In this document: piece after piece, positions 58,823 through 64,000 of the stretch | Layout of the letters: every line of letters starts with the position of its first letter | How positions within the stretch are numbered: position 1 is the first letter of the stretch | Assembly (NCBI GenBank): GCA_043228905.1 | Contig: JBHGNT010000008.1 | Span: 14,818,001-14,882,000, forward strand | Direction of reading: 5' to 3' | From: Azolla caroliniana | Lineage: Eukaryota; Plantae; Polypodiophyta | DNA: 64,000 nucleotides | Notes under the pieces: model-generated | The model's input: the letters and a program-made list of their open reading frames with translations, nothing else | Told to the model about the DNA's origin: nothing | Database searches by the model: none | Program-made: the position numbers and the translations under genes

Positions 58823-61249
58823 TTTTAGTATAACATACGTTTGAGTGTAAATGTGTGTGTGCGCTAGTATGTATGTGAATGTGAGTATGTACGTACATTT
58901 TTTATTGTGATTGAATGTGTGGGAATATAAAGATATGTGTAGATTTGAATGTGATTGATTATGAAGGAATAGGAGTGTATCGTAGGTTTAATAGTTGTTG
59001 GAAGTAAGGGGTATATTCAACGAGAAGGTGTAAGGGGGAGTGTGTGTATGGGTATATGTGAGAAGGCGGAAAAGGTTGAATGTGATTGAGGTGGGAAAGG
59101 TAGCAATAGAGGGAAATGATATGAAACCTACTATCGCTTGTCGAGCATAGGATAGGTGCTGAGGTTAGACAATGCCAAGTAGCAACAACAAATTTTTCTA
59201 CTACATCAGGCAACCATGTGGTTGCTCCTTCATTTTCTCATTTCTCTATGCTAATGTTTGTCAAGCAACAAATGAATGTTTGTTTGATTCCTCATCCTCT
59301 CCCTTCTTTGTTCATTTGGAGGTCTCCATGAAGGGGCTTTCGTGGAAAACAGGGTAAAAGGAAGCACCTGGAAGTGAACCTTCAAGCAATCCTTTGTGGA
59401 ATGTATTTACCTAGAGGTCTTTGAGTATTCTTATTCAATGTTCTCTTGAATCCTCGTAGACATGGATGTTGCCTGGTAGATTGAGCACTAGATTTATGGA
59501 AATGTGGTACCACAAGTTTGAATATTGTCGCTTCGTCTAATTTTCATCTCTATAACTCTAAATTTGCAAAGCAAAGCTTTTGGCTTGTTTCTTGCATGTA
59601 TTGCTAAAAGATGGTATATTGATCACTCAAATGTAAACTGTGAAGTCAATTTTTGCTCGTACGAAAAGACCATGGCAGATACATCAGATGCTAAGGTGTA
59701 TAAGAATAAAGCACAATATAAAAGGTTCAAGAGTTAAAAGACGAATGAGATTGAAGGGATATGAAGTTAGAGGCGTTTTCCAAATGTAGAAAAAGCAAGA
59801 AAATAGAAAAAAGGAAAAAACGCATACAAAGGCAGAGAAAGCAAGGTAGAGAAAAAAGCTCATAAATTCTTCATCTCATGTCCAAATTTCAAAAGAAAAG
59901 ATTTGTAAGAAAGCTAACAAAGAGAGCTTTCTTGTATGATAGATTTAGATGACAAACCAGAAATAATGATATGAAAAACGCATCACACAAACTCGAGGAT
60001 ATGTAAAAGAAAAGAAAAGAAAAAAGCAAGAATAACGCAACTAAAAACCTATAAATATGAGGGTATTCTTAGCAAAAGGGAGGAGGAAGAGTAGAATATC
60101 TACAAGGAGGGATAGAAAATCTACAAGAAGAAGTGAGAAGAAGATTAGTTGAAGAAAGAGAGAAGAAGGAAAGACTATTTTGGCTAATAGTATATTGAAG
60201 TTGGTATTTGGGGTTGTTACTTTTGGAGTCTAAGAGGATTGTATTGTTTTCCTAATAGTATATTGAAGTATTCTTTTCTCTTCCTCTTCTTGTCTCTATC
60301 TTTTTTCTTTCTCTCATCATCATATACAATCAAAAGTTAATTGCCACAATATTCAAACAATTTACTATTATAGATTTTCACTCATTGCTTGGATTTTTTA
60401 GGCTTGTCCGATTCCAAATCACATGGAGAAAATTTATAACATATTTTCATATATTAAAATGAAAGCCTATTAAAAAATGTCCATTGATTTAAGGGCTTAA
60501 GGTTAAGATGCAATTGATTTTTTATACAAGTACCAACCCATATATATATGCAGTGAGGCTCATTGTAGCCTTGGTCAAGTGATTTCTCTTCATACGTTGT
60601 CATATAAGAGACTCTTACTTCACTTTTGATCTCGTACATCACCTTATTTTAAAACATTCCAAAGTTCCGGATCTTTAGTTATAATGGCACACCTAGATAA
60701 GGTGCCACCTATCTTTTCTAGAAATATTCTACTTTGTTCATATTCTCTACAGCCTCCTCCTTCACAATGTCATCTTGTGCCTTGGAGCTCATTGTGCCAG
60801 TTTACGTCTACAAAAACACCCCTTGAACTTCCCCAATAAACCTAATGATATAGTCCACATTGTCTGTCATGATCACACTAACTGCTTAAACCCTAGAAGT
60901 GGTGTTGAACCTTCTTCACTTTCAAAAATGGCGTGGAGTATTTGTAGAGCTATGAAGGAGTTTTTTAGCTGCGCCTTCCTCATTGGCCAACATGGTCATT
61001 CCATTGATACGTGAGGCAATTGAGAACAGAGATGTCCATGTTGGGGGATGATTGTTATGTGTAGTACAACAATTCAGTTGAGGAACTACAGAGGGATGGT
61101 TTTGGGCAAGAAAGCAGTGACGGTGGGGAGGTCTTCTATAAACTGTCATAAGGTACAACATAAGCAGTGCCTTCGCCTCTTCTAAACCTTCTCACCAAGG
61201 AAATTTTGCCCCATCCCAGCTCTCAATTTTAGCTTGTCATCGAGGACTT

Positions 61250-62140
61250 CTTGACAAATTTCATTTGGCATGGAAATACATGGAACATGATGGACTTAAC
61301 TATTCTTGCTCAAACAAGAGACGATGGACACGGTCTAAGAGTAGATACGTGCACCAAGATCTTACATAGCCGACGCAACATGGGCAACAAGATGTCAAAT
61401 GACAAGCTTATAGGTGGGTTCATTGATGGACTTTATGACCCAACCTTGCAAAATTTCCTTATAGCCACAACATGTTGATCATTCATCGAAGCATGCTCGA
61501 TATTGATGACATTCAAAGATTCCATGACGGACTTACAAGTGCCAACCCAAGCCCTGACCAACAAACGCAAGAAACTCCCTGAACCCACACAACAACCGGT
61601 ACCAAGACTTCCTCAAGTGGGATGGCCTCAAGCTTATGCTACAAAGGAGAATGTTCCTTCTCCAATATGTGAAGGATATCATACGGGATACAAATGCCTA
61701 GTCTTATTTCAAAGACAGATGCACTATTGCAAATACTGAAAAGCTTTCATGATGCATGCACAAGCATATTGTTGGCAAGCACCCACTCGAAGGTTTAGAA
61801 AGAGGTTTAGACAACACGGGCAATTGAACTACCCGGCTCACCATCAAGACCAAACCATCCAATCCCACCCGCTATCAGTCCACAAGAACCACCATTCCCT
61901 TGAATCGGAACTCGACTAGTGGAGCTCAAACATGATAGAGACGAGCAAGCCCAAGTTGGGGGGAGTGTAACCCCATATATAAACTACGAAATCCAATACC
62001 AAGATTATGAAGCCGATGAAGGGGTCCTCTATAACTCCATTGATTTTGATGGTGGCCAAATCCTAGTCGATGTTTTGAGAAGTGAGCAACGAGGACTCAC
62101 AATGGGACACAAAGAGGTCGATGAATGCCTAAACTCTTAA
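61250..62140 (+). pseudogene. Possible highly decayed gag-like remnant
   Basis: FIDGLYDPTLQ and PICEGYHTGYKC...HYCKY resemble a gag core and knuckles; many stops. Confidence 0.35.
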
Positions 62141-62324
62141 GTGCTTCAATTTCTAAGGTCCACATATGGTGATCGAGTTCCCAAAAGAACAGAATACTAT
62201 AGTCGCATGGTGCAACGCCCATGGTAAAATCAACAAGAAGTACTCGCACCCACATGACCTTCAAACCCCTATGACCAACAACCATAAGAGTTTTTTGTTG
62301 GTTTCAAAGAGAAACTTTGTTTGA

Positions 62325-63448
62325 GCTTAATCCTAATGTAAGTATATGATAAAGAAATAAGAGATAGACAAATGAGAGAGGAGTGAGGAAGAAGGGTGTC
62401 GATCCACCTGACCACCCTCGAGCGAAGGGATCAAGATGGACTCGAGGCTCGATCGGCGTCCTAGACCACCACCATGACATCGAGTCGTGACAAGAATGCA
62501 TGCTCCCTTTCTACAACACTCGGCCACAACCGAGTCTAAAATCGAACACAGAAAAACGGATAATGAAATGCATGACACAAAGGAGAGAAGAGTACACATG
62601 ATGTTTAACGTGGAAAACCCTGAGAGGGAAAAACCACGGGAGTCCACAGACTCCAAACTATCACTATATCACAATGATTACAACAGTGAGCTCACGGAGG
62701 CAACGACCTCGTGCTCACGATCTTCGCCACAGGCGGCGGTTACAACAGAGGCAACGACCTCTTCCTCTCTCTCTCTCTCTCTCTGTACACTGTTACGCGC
62801 TCTCTCGTCTTGCACCAACAAGAATGACAACAACACCTATTCTTTGTTTGCCCTAAGTCATATTTATACTAATATGACTTTTTGGTTATTTACAAATATA
62901 GCCCCGATGGACTCTCAGAAACATATTTACGAATATGTCCCTTCATCCGGTGAGCACTCCTCACCGGGCCTGCATCATCCGGCGCTTGCCGGGCACATGT
63001 CATCCGGTTCTCACCGGTTCTTCACCATCCGGCTCTTGCCGGGTACTACTCATCCGGTTCTCACCGGGTTTTCCGTTGCCCGGGTACTCCACATCCGGTT
63101 TCGGCCTCGGCCTCGGCCGAGTTTGCTAATCGGTACTGTTCTTCTCACTTCCCATCCGGAGGGACCTGTTTCCTAACAAGTCGTACCTAGTGCTGGCGTG
63201 CTTGCTACAAGTCTTGATCACCACTAGATCAGAGTCTTGATGTAGTCGTTAATGTGTCAAATGAGGGTAGTTAGGCCTCATATTTATATCCAGACCTAAG
63301 GCCTTCAGGCAAGTTCACACTTAGCCTTAATAGGTTAGCTCAATTACTAGGATTAAAAGTAATCCTCCAGTTTTTATAGTCTCGTTTAACCCTCACACTA
63401 TATCCACGTGTATAAAATACTATGGTACAATATTACTAAGAGATAATT
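62325..63448 (-). mobile_element. Diverged LTR related to the 32311-32765 chromovirus LTR, split by a solo LTR
   Basis: The reverse complement matches tatacacgtggata.gtgtgagggttaaacgaga, ggaggattacttttaatcct and gatcccttcgctcg.gggtggtc.ggtggatcg. Confidence 0.85.
62488..63178 (-). mobile_element. Solo LTR (691 bp, TG...CA), TSD AGTCG
   Basis: AGTCG at 62483-62487 and 63179-63183. Removing it restores the host LTR. Contains a catccgg-rich repeat at 62940-63110. Confidence 0.85.
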
Positions 63449-63992
63449 TGTTAGGAATATGTCCCTTCAGTGGGAGGACCACCAAGAAGAAGAGAAGTGC
63501 CACTGGAACTAGTGCACCCAGATGTGTGCTACGTAGATGCTCCATCACATTGAGGCGGACAATACTTCGTGACATTTATCGATGACAACAGTCGGAAGTT
63601 GTGGGCTTTCGTACTAAAGTCTAAAGATCAAGTGTTGTCATTTTTCAAGGAGTTCTAGGCTAGAGCCGAATGAGAGTCAGGTTGGAAGTTGAAGATTGTC
63701 CAAACCAACAACGGTGGAGAGTACAAAGGGCAATTTAAGGAATATTGCAAGGCCCAAGGTATTTGAGTCGAATACACAGTGCCGAAGACCACTGAGTTGA
63801 ATGAGCTTGCAGAGAGGATGAATCGAACAATCATGGTGAAACTAAGGAGCTTGCTCTCCCATGCTAAACTTCCAAAATTGTATTGGGCTGAGGCAATGTA
63901 CACGACTGTTTATCTGATCAATAGGTATCCCTCAGTACCATTGAAAGGTGATGTTCCACAAAGGGTGTGGACAGGAAACGATGTCTCCTACT
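63449..63992 (+). mobile_element. Copia fragment: short LTR start fused to a degenerate integrase core
   Basis: TGTTAGGAA start, like the 62488-63178 LTR. Then LELVH.DVC, YFVTFIDDNSRK, TNNGGEY, AERMNRTI, YWAEA..T.VYLINR. Confidence 0.8.
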
Positions 63993-64000
63993 GTTGGGAG

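Noticed and set aside
57300-60700. Possible decayed protease fragment (~58080-58140) and LTR-like segment with CCTATAAATA (~59630-60350)
   Set aside because: No TSD, partner LTR or continuous frame could be established.

Overview
Eukaryotic, land-plant-type DNA (probably a seed-free plant, inferred from the element families), made almost entirely of nested transposons. There is one intact host gene, a 3-exon COMT-type O-methyltransferase (55226-56747, +). Four LTR elements have paired LTRs and exact 5-bp TSDs: a non-chromovirus Gypsy with an extra 3' ORF and an internal protease/RT deletion (10279-19016), a Copia (29426-42003), a chromovirus nested in that Copia (32311-39328), and a second Copia (46425-52221, -). 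Around them lie truncated Gypsy/Copia pieces, solo LTRs, a MITE and an RTEX-like LINE. Removing the two Copia insertions reveals a decayed two-gene unit of about 10 kb (~24.3-53.3 kb), the most unusual object here. It pairs a Sola2-like DDD transposase (+) with a convergent multi-exon gene (-) carrying a RING-like motif and an FCP1/NIF-like HAD domain. One intron of each gene is filled with an array of the same 14-bp palindrome, TAGCTAATTAGCTA. All family calls come from motifs read by eye; no database search was run.
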